From: an uncultured Candidatus Saccharibacteria bacterium
GTDB taxonomy: Bacteria; Patescibacteriota; Minisyncoccia; Phycocordibacterales; CAIRYW01
NCBI GenBank assembly: GCA_964406475.1
Contig: CAYORS010000001.1
Coordinates: 35,881 to 99,880, forward strand
DNA: 64,000 bases
Direction: 5' to 3'
A model generated the notes under the pieces. That model did not search any database. It was given only the letters and a program-made list of their open reading frames with translations, and was not told the DNA's origin. The translations under genes and the position numbers were made by a program. Shown one piece after another: positions 1 through 8,654 of this stretch (positions within the stretch are counted from its first letter, which is position 1; every line of letters starts with the position of its first letter).

Positions 1-29
1 GTTACCTATCATAATCTAGCAATAAACAA

Positions 30-128
30 TGTTTCATATGAAATATATTACCACAAAACAATACAAAATTCTTAAAATAGGTTCACATGAAACACCTATT
101 ATGTTTCTTATGAAACATAATAGGTGTT
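30..128. promoter_or_regulatory. Cluster of three parS-like palindromes
   Basis: TGTTTCATATGAAATA (30-45), AGGTTCACATGAAACA (79-94) and TGTTTCTTATGAAACA (102-117) each have 3 mismatches to the parS consensus TGTTTCACGTGAAACA; the third lies in a perfect 17-bp inverted repeat (91-128). Confidence 0.6.
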
Positions 129-254
129 GATAAATAGTAAAATATAAATTATAAAAAGAAATTATACTTTATCTATATTTATCAACGTTTTTTGGTTATA
201 TAGGACATATATTTTTGACTTTTATCAATTTGTCTTTTAAACATATCCACCGAG

Positions 255-263
255 TTATCCACA
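255..263 (+). promoter_or_regulatory. DnaA box
   Basis: Perfect TTATCCACA, with a near-copy (atatccac) just upstream. Confidence 0.55.
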
Positions 264-337
264 GTTTTGTTGAAAAATAAGAGTGATTTGTGGGTAAAGG
301 ACAGAGAGGGGGGGGGTGTCGTCACAGATAATCTCGA

Positions 338-663
338 GAGGAGAATCTCCCGCACCTCTCATCTCGCCGTCGCTCGATTCGGGTTCGGCACCAGCTCGCT
401 TGTTTCTGAAACTTCAGAAACCTAGCCCCCGTTGTTCGATTCTCCCACACAGAACACTCAAGCGTTTTGTTTAGTCCCACAAAAGTAGGAGAATCGACCA
501 TTACATGGTCAGTACACCTTTTGGTGATTTTGTCTCTCCGCCAGCCGGCGGATCGCAAAATCAGCTCAAAAGGTTTTCGATTCTCCCACGAAAGTGCCCT
601 GCACTTTCTTACTCACACAAAAATACAAAAAGCACCTAAGACTAGGTGCTTTTTGTATTTTTG
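338..663 (-). repeat. Structured 3' trailer of tRNA-Gly (antisense tRNA end plus modules A and B)
   Basis: 29-bp inverted repeat 610-671 that includes the acceptor strand; inserted hairpin 588-609; T-arm copies at 576-587 and 434-446; modules shared with 48321-48686 and 53284-53389. Confidence 0.8.
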
Positions 664-734
664 TGCGAGTAGGGAGAATCGAACTCCCGTCTAATCCTTG
701 GCAAGGACTCGTTCTACCACTAAACCATACCCGC
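664..734 (-). tRNA. tRNA-Gly(GCC), CCA not encoded
   Basis: Reverse complement GCGGGTATGGTTTAGTGGTAGAACGAGTCCTTGCCAAGGATTAGACGGGAGTTCGATTCTCCCTACTCGCA folds as a cloverleaf with anticodon GCC. Confidence 0.95.
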
Positions 735-769
735 TTCTTTTTTGGTTATTATTTTTAAAAAACAACCAA

Positions 770-844
770 TGGTGCTCTCGGAGGGACTCGAACCCCCAAA
801 AACGGTTCCGAAGACCGTTGTGATATCCATTTCACCACGAGAGC
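770..844 (-). tRNA. tRNA-Arg(TCG)
   Basis: Reverse complement GCTCTCG...ACGGT-CTTCGGA-ACCGT...GGTTCGAGTCC...CGAGAGCACCA. Confidence 0.95.
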
Positions 845-903
845 TTATATACTACTATACAGCTAAATTATACAAAAATCAAAAAATATACTACTATAAT
901 ACT

Positions 904-2385
904 ATGGAATCACAAAATCTCTTTATTCCCAAAGAAGTTTCACGAGTAACACAAATACTAGAAAATGCTGGTTTTGAAGCGTATCTTGTGGGTGGTTGTA
1001 CTCGAGATATGTTTCTCGGTAAAAAGCCTAAAGACTGGGACATTACAACCAATGCAACTCCGGAAGAGATTGTACCTCTTTTTGATAACACTTTTTATGA
1101 AAATGACTATGGGACAGTGGGTATAGTGACAGAATCAGAAGATCCAACTCTCAAAGTTATCGAGGTCACTCCGTATCGTATAGAAGGGAAGTATTCAAAC
1201 AACAGACATCCAGACGAAGTAAAATGGAGTAAAAACCTCACTGACGATTTAGATCGTAGAGATTTTACTATAAACGCAATAGCGCTTCGTCTAACAGGAG
1301 AAGGGGATTTGGAAGTAGTAGATCCTCATAATGGTCGCAAAGACCTTCAAAAGGGAGTTTTACATACAGTAGGGAACCCTCACGAGAGATTCCGAGAAGA
1401 TGGTCTACGAATCCTTCGAGCTGTTCGTATTGCGACAGATATTGGGTTTGTGATTGATCCACGAACAGAGAAAGCGATTGTCGAGGAAGGACATTTACTT
1501 ACCAATATCTCAGAAGAGCGTATTAGGGATGAGTTTTCAAAGATTATTGCATCAGAAACACCTCATATAGGTATTGAAATGTGCCGAAAATTCAATATTT
1601 TGCAATACTTTTTGCCCGAACTACTCGATGGTGTAGGATGTGGCCAGAACCAAGCACACGCTTTTGATGTGTTTACACATCTTATGAAAACCCTCGAACA
1701 TTCTGCAAAGAAAGACTATACATTCGAGGTGCGTCTTGCGTCACTATTTCATGATATTGGCAAACCAGAAACAAAACGACCTAGCACAAAGAAAGATGAG
1801 CCAACATTTTATGGCCACGATGTGGTAGGAGCACGGATGACAAAAAAAATCCTTGAAAGGCTTAAGTTTCCCAAAAAAACAATAGATACCGTGGTCAAAT
1901 TGGTACGATGGCATATGTTCTTTTCTGATACTGAGACAATAACACTCTCTGCGGTGCGAAGAATGATTAGAAATGTAGGAGAAGAGAATATTTGGTATCT
2001 TATGGATGTGCGTACTTGTGATCGTATAGGCACAGGAAGACCAAAAGAAGATCCTTATCGACTTCGCAAATATCACTCTATGGTAGAAGAAGCAATGAGA
2101 AATCCTATATCAGTAGCCACACTCAAAATAAATGGGGGAAGAATAATTGAAATCACAAAAGAAAAACCAGGACCAAAAATAGGCAACATACTTCATATTC
2201 TTCTTGAAGAGGCACTCGACAATCCAGAAAAAAACACAGAAGAGTATTTAGAAAAGAGAGCACAAGAACTAAATGAATTGAAAGATATAGACCTAAAAAT
2301 ACTAGGAGATAAAGCAAAAGAAAAAAAAGAACAGATAGAAGATACTGAGATCAAAAAAATACGCACCAGACATCACGTCAAATAA
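904..2385 (+). CDS. cca: CCA-adding tRNA nucleotidyltransferase with HD domain
   Basis: YLVGGCTRD, DWDITT, DLDRRDFTINA, RFREDGLRILRA and HD-domain FHDIGK motifs; start moved to ATG 904 because the longer ORF overlaps tRNA-Arg. Confidence 0.93.
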   Translation: MESQNLFIPKEVSRVTQILENAGFEAYLVGGCTRDMFLGKKPKDWDITTNATPEEIVPLFDNTFYENDYGTVGIVTESEDPTLKVIEVTPYRIEGKYSNNRHPDEVKWSKNLTDDLDRRDFTINAIALRLTGEGDLEVVDPHNGRKDLQKGVLHTVGNPHERFREDGLRILRAVRIATDIGFVIDPRTEKAIVEEGHLLTNISEERIRDEFSKIIASETPHIGIEMCRKFNILQYFLPELLDGVGCGQNQAHAFDVFTHLMKTLEHSAKKDYTFEVRLASLFHDIGKPETKRPSTKKDEPTFYGHDVVGARMTKKILERLKFPKKTIDTVVKLVRWHMFFSDTETITLSAVRRMIRNVGEENIWYLMDVRTCDRIGTGRPKEDPYRLRKYHSMVEEAMRNPISVATLKINGGRIIEITKEKPGPKIGNILHILLEEALDNPEKNTEEYLEKRAQELNELKDIDLKILGDKAKEKKEQIEDTEIKKIRTRHHVK

Positions 2386-3014
2386 AGGACTCCGAGCAAG
2401 CTCGTGGGAGTATTCTTGCTGAATTTGCTCTACTCATTCTCTTACCCGAAAAAGCATCGAGGTATTGACCCTTGTTAGCTCCTCGACTCAAAAGAGAAAG
2501 TGAGTACACTTTCTCTTTACTCGTTCTATGTCGCTAAATAAAAACTCGTTTTTATTATATTTTTTGCCAAAGGAAAAGACCGCTTCCGCGGCAAGGGATC
2601 TTACAATGAATGTGTCAACTTATAATTATTGTGACACTTGCAATTCTCTAACCTCAAAAACGGCCTTTATTTTCAACGTTTTCCTTAATATATGGACTAT
2701 TGAAGGAATCTCCATGCTCTAGAGAAGTTGAATAAGGAGTTTAAATCATACGCAGTTTTAAGTAATCACAAGAAGGAAATAGTGAGAAGTTCTTTTTTTA
2801 TAATACTACACATAGTGTAGTTGAAAGAGATATATAGTGAGAAATTCTTATCTATATTTTTCACGTGTATTCTTTTGTGCGTGATTTAATGTACTCAAAG
2901 AACATTTGTTCGCAATGTATGAAGACACAAGCTGTCTTTCTTTTTTGATTATTATAATAACAAGATGTCTTTTATAATATCTTTATTGCGACTGATATTA
3001 TTATATATGTGACC

Positions 3015-3059
3015 TAAAGGACATGTAAAGGACAATCTGTGGATAACTCGTGTCCTTTA
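3015..3059. promoter_or_regulatory. DnaA box flanked by TAAAGGACA repeats
   Basis: TGTGGATAA at 3038-3046; TAAAGGACA at 3015 and 3026, inverted at 3051. Confidence 0.5.
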
Positions 3060-3064
3060 TAAAA

Positions 3065-3862
3065 TTATTTTATTTTTATTTCGATCATAATAGGGCAATG
3101 ATCAGAACCTAAAGTGTTTTTTAGTATCTGAGCGTCGAGAAGAGATGGAAGTAGTCGCTTACTTACAAAAAAATAATCTATTCTCCATCCCACATTACGC
3201 AAACGAGCACTACCCCAGTTGGACCACCAAGTATAGTGTTCTCCTTCTTTGACAAAATGTCTAAAAGTATCAAAGAATCCTGCTTCTATGATTTTGTTTA
3301 TTCCTTCTCGCTCTTCATTGGTAAACCCATGCTCTCCTTCATTGTCCTTTGGTCGCGCAAGATCTATAGGCATATGTGCCACATTCAAATCTCCACAAAA
3401 AATAACAGGTTTCTTGGCTTCGAGCTTCTCAACATGAGCAAGAAATGCAGGGTCCCAGTGTTTGTGACGGAAATCAAGTCGACTCAAGTCATCTTTGGAG
3501 TTTGGTGTGTAGACATTGACCAAAAAGAATTTTTCGAATTCAAGTGTGAGAACACGCCCCTCGGCATTAGCGTCACCGTAGTCATCGGCAAGCGAGTATG
3601 TTGATGAAATTTCAGAATCAAAGTTGAGCAATACAGAAAGCGGCTTTATCTTGGTAAATATGGCTGTACCACTATACCCCTTACGGACGGCAGAGCACCA
3701 ATACTCCTCATACTCTGGCAAATCAACAGGAGACTGACCTTGCTCTGCCTTGGTTTCTTGGAGACATATAATATCGGGGGAATATGTGGTGACGAAAGGA
3801 GTAAATAGACCCTTGCGATCGACGCTCCTTATACCATTCACATTCCATGAGATAATCTTCAT
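3065..3862 (-). CDS. xth: Exodeoxyribonuclease III (AP endonuclease)
   Basis: MKIISWNVNG, LQETK, GDLNVAH, GWRIDY and GSDHCP motifs. Confidence 0.95.
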   Translation of the reverse strand: MKIISWNVNGIRSVDRKGLFTPFVTTYSPDIICLQETKAEQGQSPVDLPEYEEYWCSAVRKGYSGTAIFTKIKPLSVLLNFDSEISSTYSLADDYGDANAEGRVLTLEFEKFFLVNVYTPNSKDDLSRLDFRHKHWDPAFLAHVEKLEAKKPVIFCGDLNVAHMPIDLARPKDNEGEHGFTNEEREGINKIIEAGFFDTFRHFVKEGEHYTWWSNWGSARLRNVGWRIDYFFVSKRLLPSLLDAQILKNTLGSDHCPIMIEIKIK

Positions 3863-4023
3863 ATATAGGTAGTATAGATGACAAAGACACAAAGATGAAG
3901 AAAAAAGTTTTCCACCGACAACACTATCATCCTCTTGTCAAAAAAGATTCTGGGAGTAATATAATATTTCAGTTCTGCTCCTCACAATATATAGGCGCGG
4001 ATAAACCACAAACCAACACCGTT

Positions 4024-4356
4024 ATGACCCTCTCAATACCCGAATCAGTCTCAGAAGAACTCAGAGTCTTCATTGAGCAGCAATATCGCCATGCCACAGA
4101 ATGCGGACGAGCAGACCTCCTGTTTACCGTCCCTTCAGATCTCTTGGACGATATGGTGGTGAACCACATCCTGATCGCTATCAAAGGACCGTCGGCGAGA
4201 GCGGAAGATGATTCCGTCGCGCAAGTAGTGGTCCATGGCCACATCAATCAGGTAAGTCACGATCAGTTTCGATTTCAATTGCCAATGGACGCCATATCTA
4301 TATCTATGAGGTGTCTCCTCGAAGGAAATCCCTGGGTCCATTCCAAGATCGTGTGA
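4024..4356 (+). CDS. Hypothetical protein (stand-alone accessory gene)
   Basis: Open frame with its own terminator; start uncertain (3895 or 4024). Confidence 0.55.
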   Translation: MTLSIPESVSEELRVFIEQQYRHATECGRADLLFTVPSDLLDDMVVNHILIAIKGPSARAEDDSVAQVVVHGHINQVSHDQFRFQLPMDAISISMRCLLEGNPWVHSKIV

Positions 4357-4367
4357 TTTGCCCCCTC

Positions 4368-4399
4368 CCTCAAGCACCTTGCGTGCTTGAGGTTTTTTA
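4368..4399 (+). terminator. Intrinsic terminator
   Basis: CCTCAAGCAC/GTGCTTGAGG stem followed by a T run. Confidence 0.75.
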
Positions 4400-4450
4400 T
4401 TTTACCAACACAACATAAACCATTTGGATTAATTTTGATATACTGTACAT

Positions 4451-5365
4451 ATGGATTTACACACTCTCAAACGACAATTTCTCGAACATATAGAAATAGA
4501 AAAAGGGAGAAGTCTCAACACCGTCGCAAACTATGATCGATATATCTCTCGTTTCTTGGACTTCCTCAAAAGAGAGTCGCCGAGCGATATTACCGCTGAC
4601 TCAATGCGCGAATACCGTCTCTGGCTCAATAGACAATCTACAGGCAACAACAAAAAAACGGGAGATACATTGAAGAAGAAAACTCAAAACTACTATCTCA
4701 TCGCTCTACGCGCATTCCTCAAATATCTCGCAAAACGTGGTATATCAACACTTCCCGCAGATAACATAGAGCTTGCAAAGACAGGAGAAAGATCTCTCGA
4801 TCTCATCTCTCAAACAGAGCTCGAACGCCTCTTTGATGCACCCAATAATGAGAAAGACCCTCAAAAAAAACTTCGAGGCAAAGCGATACTTGAACTCCTC
4901 TTTTCGACTGGACTGCGTGTATCGGAACTCTGTTCACTCGACCGAGACATCGACCTTAGAAGTGATGAGCTCTCGATCCGAGGAAAGGGAGGGAAGGTGC
5001 GTGTTGTATTCCTCTCTGACCATGCCAAGAAATGTGTCAAAGAATACCTCGACAGTCGCAAGGATATGGATGATGCGCTCTTTGTAAAGATAGGTAAAGA
5101 AAAGGGGTCCAAAGAAGAAGGTGGACTCACACGCAGATCAATAGAAAGAATAGTAAAACACTACGCTATCAAAGCAGGTATCTCAAAAAAGGTCACTCCT
5201 CACGTCATAAGACACTGTTTTGCCACCGATCTTTTGCGTAATGGTGCAGACTTGCGTTCTGTTCAGACGCTTTTGGGACATTCAAACATAAATACGACAC
5301 AAATATACACACACGTCACCGACAAAGAACTTCGAGATATTCACAAAAAGTTTCATTCACGATAA
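4451..5365 (+). CDS. XerC/D-family tyrosine recombinase
   Basis: N-terminal SAM-like domain; catalytic motifs TGLRVSEL, GKGGK, HVIRH, LLGH and TQIY. Confidence 0.93.
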   Translation: MDLHTLKRQFLEHIEIEKGRSLNTVANYDRYISRFLDFLKRESPSDITADSMREYRLWLNRQSTGNNKKTGDTLKKKTQNYYLIALRAFLKYLAKRGISTLPADNIELAKTGERSLDLISQTELERLFDAPNNEKDPQKKLRGKAILELLFSTGLRVSELCSLDRDIDLRSDELSIRGKGGKVRVVFLSDHAKKCVKEYLDSRKDMDDALFVKIGKEKGSKEEGGLTRRSIERIVKHYAIKAGISKKVTPHVIRHCFATDLLRNGADLRSVQTLLGHSNINTTQIYTHVTDKELRDIHKKFHSR

Positions 5366-5374
5366 AATACTCCT

Positions 5375-5824
5375 ATGTCACACGAAACACCCCCAACCCC
5401 TGATCATACAACCGAACAAGAACCACAACCAAAAACTGCAGAACACGGTCCTAATACAACACCTGCTCAAGAAGCACCAAAGCCAAAAGCAGGCCCTCTC
5501 GAGGAAGAAGGGCGGAGAGCTCGTATTCTTGAAGAATTGAATAACCCTCCTAGCTCCAAAAATCATCCAAGAGAAGAACATCCTTCTCACGGGCACGACT
5601 CTCACGAACATCATCACACAGAAGAGCCGGCGACAGGTTGGAAATTATGGAAAAGACGCTCAGGCAACCTACTTACCTTTGTTTTTGGTTTTGGGTTTTT
5701 TCATACTATATATTCTATGAGTGAATTTATTGTGAGTAAAATTGCCAAAGGTGGAGGAGGGGGAGGAGGTGGTCATAGTGGGGGTCATAGCGGAGGAGAT
5801 CACGGACACGGAGGACATCACTAG
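5375..5824 (+). CDS. His/Gly-rich single-pass membrane protein
   Basis: Pro/Glu-rich N-terminus, His cluster, one hydrophobic segment, GGGGGGGHSGGHSGGDHGHGGHH tail. Confidence 0.7.
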   Translation: MSHETPPTPDHTTEQEPQPKTAEHGPNTTPAQEAPKPKAGPLEEEGRRARILEELNNPPSSKNHPREEHPSHGHDSHEHHHTEEPATGWKLWKRRSGNLLTFVFGFGFFHTIYSMSEFIVSKIAKGGGGGGGGHSGGHSGGDHGHGGHH

Positions 5825-5863
5825 TATTTGCATTTTTGAGGGTTTTGTGGTAACATATAAGTT

Positions 5864-6136
5864 ATGATTACAAAAACCAAAAAAACAAAAATAATCAAGG
5901 ATTTGCAGATTCACGATACAGATACAGGATCTCCTGAAGTACAAATCGGTATTCTCACAAAAAGAATAGACGAACTCGCACATCACTTGAAGACTCACAA
6001 AAAAGACAACCACTCTCGGCGAGGACTTCTCCAGCTTGTGGCTGATCGCCAATCACACATGAAGTATCTTCAAAAAAAAGATGCAAAAAGATACGCTCAA
6101 GTAGTCAAAAAACTTGAATTTAAAAAGAAGGCATAG
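5864..6136 (+). CDS. rpsO: 30S ribosomal protein S15
   Basis: DTGSPEVQI and HKKDNHSRRGL motifs. Confidence 0.97.
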   Translation: MITKTKKTKIIKDLQIHDTDTGSPEVQIGILTKRIDELAHHLKTHKKDNHSRRGLLQLVADRQSHMKYLQKKDAKRYAQVVKKLEFKKKA

Positions 6137-6234
6137 GGCCTTCTTTTTAAATTTGAGAGAAGACTAAAGAAGGAGTATACTATAAAGTGTATTTTAATAT
6201 TTTTAGTTAGTCGGTATTTTATTTTTATATTTTT

Positions 6235-6834
6235 ATGACAGTTATAAAACACAAAGAACAAAGAGTTGGTATTTTTATAGATACACAAAACCTCTATCAT
6301 ACAGCAAAGAACCTCTACCACGCACGAGTCAACTTCGGCCAAGTAGTCAAAGACGCCCTTATGGGTCGTAGCCTCATCCGTGCGATTGCTTATGTGATCA
6401 CCACAGAAGCAGGAGATGAGAGAGCTTTTTTTGATGCGTTGACCAAAATGGGTATCGAAGCAAAGACCAAGGATCTTCAGATATTTGCAGGTGGAAACAA
6501 AAAAGCAGACTGGGATGTAGGACTTGCAGTAGATGCGATCAAGATTGCTCCCAAGCTCGACACCGTCATTATCATATCTGGCGATGGTGATTTTATCCCT
6601 CTTGTTGAATATTTGAAACATAACCAAGGGTGCCAAGTAGAAGCAGTTTCATTTGGCAAATCGACTTCAAGTAAACTCAAAGAGACAGTGGATGACTTCC
6701 TCGATCTCGACGAAACACCAAAAAAATATCTCATGGGAGCGCAAATGAACAATAACCAGAGAAGAGGACGTAACCCAAAGAATGACAATAGCGACCTAGC
6801 CGAAATGCTCAAGGAAGCGGGGGAGGAACTCTAG
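6235..6834 (+). CDS. NYN (LabA/DUF88, PIN-like) domain putative ribonuclease
   Basis: IFIDTQNL, KADWDVGLAVD and SGDGDF acidic motifs. Confidence 0.9.
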   Translation: MTVIKHKEQRVGIFIDTQNLYHTAKNLYHARVNFGQVVKDALMGRSLIRAIAYVITTEAGDERAFFDALTKMGIEAKTKDLQIFAGGNKKADWDVGLAVDAIKIAPKLDTVIIISGDGDFIPLVEYLKHNQGCQVEAVSFGKSTSSKLKETVDDFLDLDETPKKYLMGAQMNNNQRRGRNPKNDNSDLAEMLKEAGEEL

Positions 6835-6913
6835 AGGGTACTGGGAAGGAGACAGCAGTGACCTTGACAAATATATACATTGTATTGTATTGTTGAATCT
6901 GATACTGTTTTTT

Positions 6914-7549
6914 ATGAATACGTTTTTTCCTATTTATTCCTTTAGTGCACTACTCGAGGCAGCGCAACAAGGTCACTTTAAGGTTCTCTGGGACAGAGTC
7001 ACGAAACTCTCTCCCACACTCGTAAGTGAACTATTACGCAAGCAAGTGTTTGCACGAGATATCTGTCGGACCATTTCACTTATTTTCTTTGGAATAATCC
7101 TTACCAAATCTGGATTAGGACCTTGGTATTACAAGATAGTCTTGCTTGCGATCATGTGGGCAACTCTCTTGTTTGTAAACCATTACCTCCAAAAGAAATA
7201 CCAAAACGATGAGATAGAAGGTATCCAAGATACCTTTCGATCCTTCTTCAAGGCTTTCTCAGATGGTGCAATGATTGACCCAAATGAGAGTGGGGTTGGT
7301 AGTCTAGACACCCTTATGATGGCGTACCTCGTCTCACATCACTTGACTGGGGTGCGGAACGATTTACGGCTTCATATCGCACTCGGTCTCAAGCTCGCTC
7401 AGTGCAAGACAGATGCTGAGCTCACAGACTTCGTGTCTAGAATAGCTGCGACAATAAATCCTACCAATCTCACACTAATAGAAGACCCAATAATGGAAAT
7501 ACAGCAAATGCTGACAAGGACTGGTTTTAATAACGCTCACACTAAATAG
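6914..7549 (+). CDS. Hypothetical membrane protein
   Basis: Two hydrophobic helices; TTGACA promoter upstream and hairpin/T-run downstream; start uncertain. Confidence 0.65.
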   Translation: MNTFFPIYSFSALLEAAQQGHFKVLWDRVTKLSPTLVSELLRKQVFARDICRTISLIFFGIILTKSGLGPWYYKIVLLAIMWATLLFVNHYLQKKYQNDEIEGIQDTFRSFFKAFSDGAMIDPNESGVGSLDTLMMAYLVSHHLTGVRNDLRLHIALGLKLAQCKTDAELTDFVSRIAATINPTNLTLIEDPIMEIQQMLTRTGFNNAHTK

Positions 7550-7766
7550 GTGTGGGTTTTTTATATACGAAATTATGACAAATATTGACACATCAATATA
7601 TATGTGTAGTATTCTAACTAGTATGGTTGTCGGACCATCCAAGGAATCTTAAAAATGGATGCGTTCGAGCCGAAAGTTCATCGACATCAGAAGGCCGAAA
7701 ACCTTCAGTTAATTCCTCTAACATGAAACACACTGGGGAAGCCGACACTTCTCGAAACTAACAATA

Positions 7767-8474
7767 ATGAAAGCTGATAATAACGACGGAATCCCATTCA
7801 CCTTGGGATTGTTTTGGGAAATGCTCAAAGCGTCAGAAGGCACGTCTGGGATAACACACATTTGGCTTTTCCTGAACAAGAAAAGATTAGGTAAGAAGAA
7901 AGATCCTGCTGAACTCAATCCTTTGTTACATCTATGTTGCAAAAGGAGAGGTTTCAGCGAGAGCTTCTTCTTTTTACTTGGTGTCTTTTTAACATCAGCA
8001 ATCCTCTTTACTTTTACAATCCCAATGAATAAGGGAGGTGATGGGGGTAATGTAGGTCTTGCTTCAGGAGTGGTGGCTTTGGTTTCTTTTTTTTTACTAC
8101 TACTTAGTATCTGGGACTACAATGAACAGCATAAGGTCATCGAAGAGGTGGAAGGTCGGATCAAAGAATATTACAAACACTTCGCAGACAATATAATCCG
8201 CTGGGATGACATTCGTCCTGCGGTGCGGATTTATTACACCCTTGCAAAAGCAGAAATTGAAACTGAAGAAAGTAAACGACACAAGAACAAAGGACTGTTC
8301 GATCTCGCCACGCAATTACTTTGTGGCGAGTCAATTGATACTGTCTATAAAGACGTGCATGGCAGGATCATCAAACCCTTTATGGTTTCGAACGTTCCTG
8401 CAAGTGAACGAGACATCACCCTACTTCGACTGACAGAGGAGTTTCTGGGGTATTCGAGCCCTGTTGCTCAATAG
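7767..8474 (+). CDS. Hypothetical membrane protein
   Basis: Two hydrophobic helices plus a helical C-terminus; own terminator. Confidence 0.65.
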   Translation: MKADNNDGIPFTLGLFWEMLKASEGTSGITHIWLFLNKKRLGKKKDPAELNPLLHLCCKRRGFSESFFFLLGVFLTSAILFTFTIPMNKGGDGGNVGLASGVVALVSFFLLLLSIWDYNEQHKVIEEVEGRIKEYYKHFADNIIRWDDIRPAVRIYYTLAKAEIETEESKRHKNKGLFDLATQLLCGESIDTVYKDVHGRIIKPFMVSNVPASERDITLLRLTEEFLGYSSPVAQ

Positions 8475-8487
8475 ACAATGTCCCACC

Positions 8488-8524
8488 GCCTCGCAAAGCC
8501 CTACGGCTTTGCGAGGCATTTTTT
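8488..8524 (+). terminator. Intrinsic terminator
   Basis: 13-bp stem GCCTCGCAAAGCC/GGCTTTGCGAGGC followed by a T run. Confidence 0.8.
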
Positions 8525-8654
8525 GTCAAAAATGCCTTTTTGTGATTTAATAATACCATTATTATATGTAGCCCTTGCATATAGGTTTGAAGTCTGTTAG
8601 ACACAGAAATCTTCAAATTTACATTGCGAGGACTACTCAATTAGACACAACATT

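Noticed and set aside
338-663. CRISPR array interpretation of the trailer repeats
   Set aside because: No regular repeat-spacer period, only one to three modules per locus, and no cas genes
322-694. Short ORFs 322-558 and 467-694, and likewise 48683-48871
   Set aside because: They overlap tRNAs or the structured trailers and have no protein-like features
742-903. N-terminal extension of the cca ORF
   Set aside because: It is the antisense of tRNA-Arg(TCG); ATG 904 follows a -10 box and starts the conserved domain
4451-5365. Tyrosine recombinase as a prophage or integron integrase
   Set aside because: About 300 aa Xer-type, housekeeping context, no IntI insertion and no att or attC sites nearby
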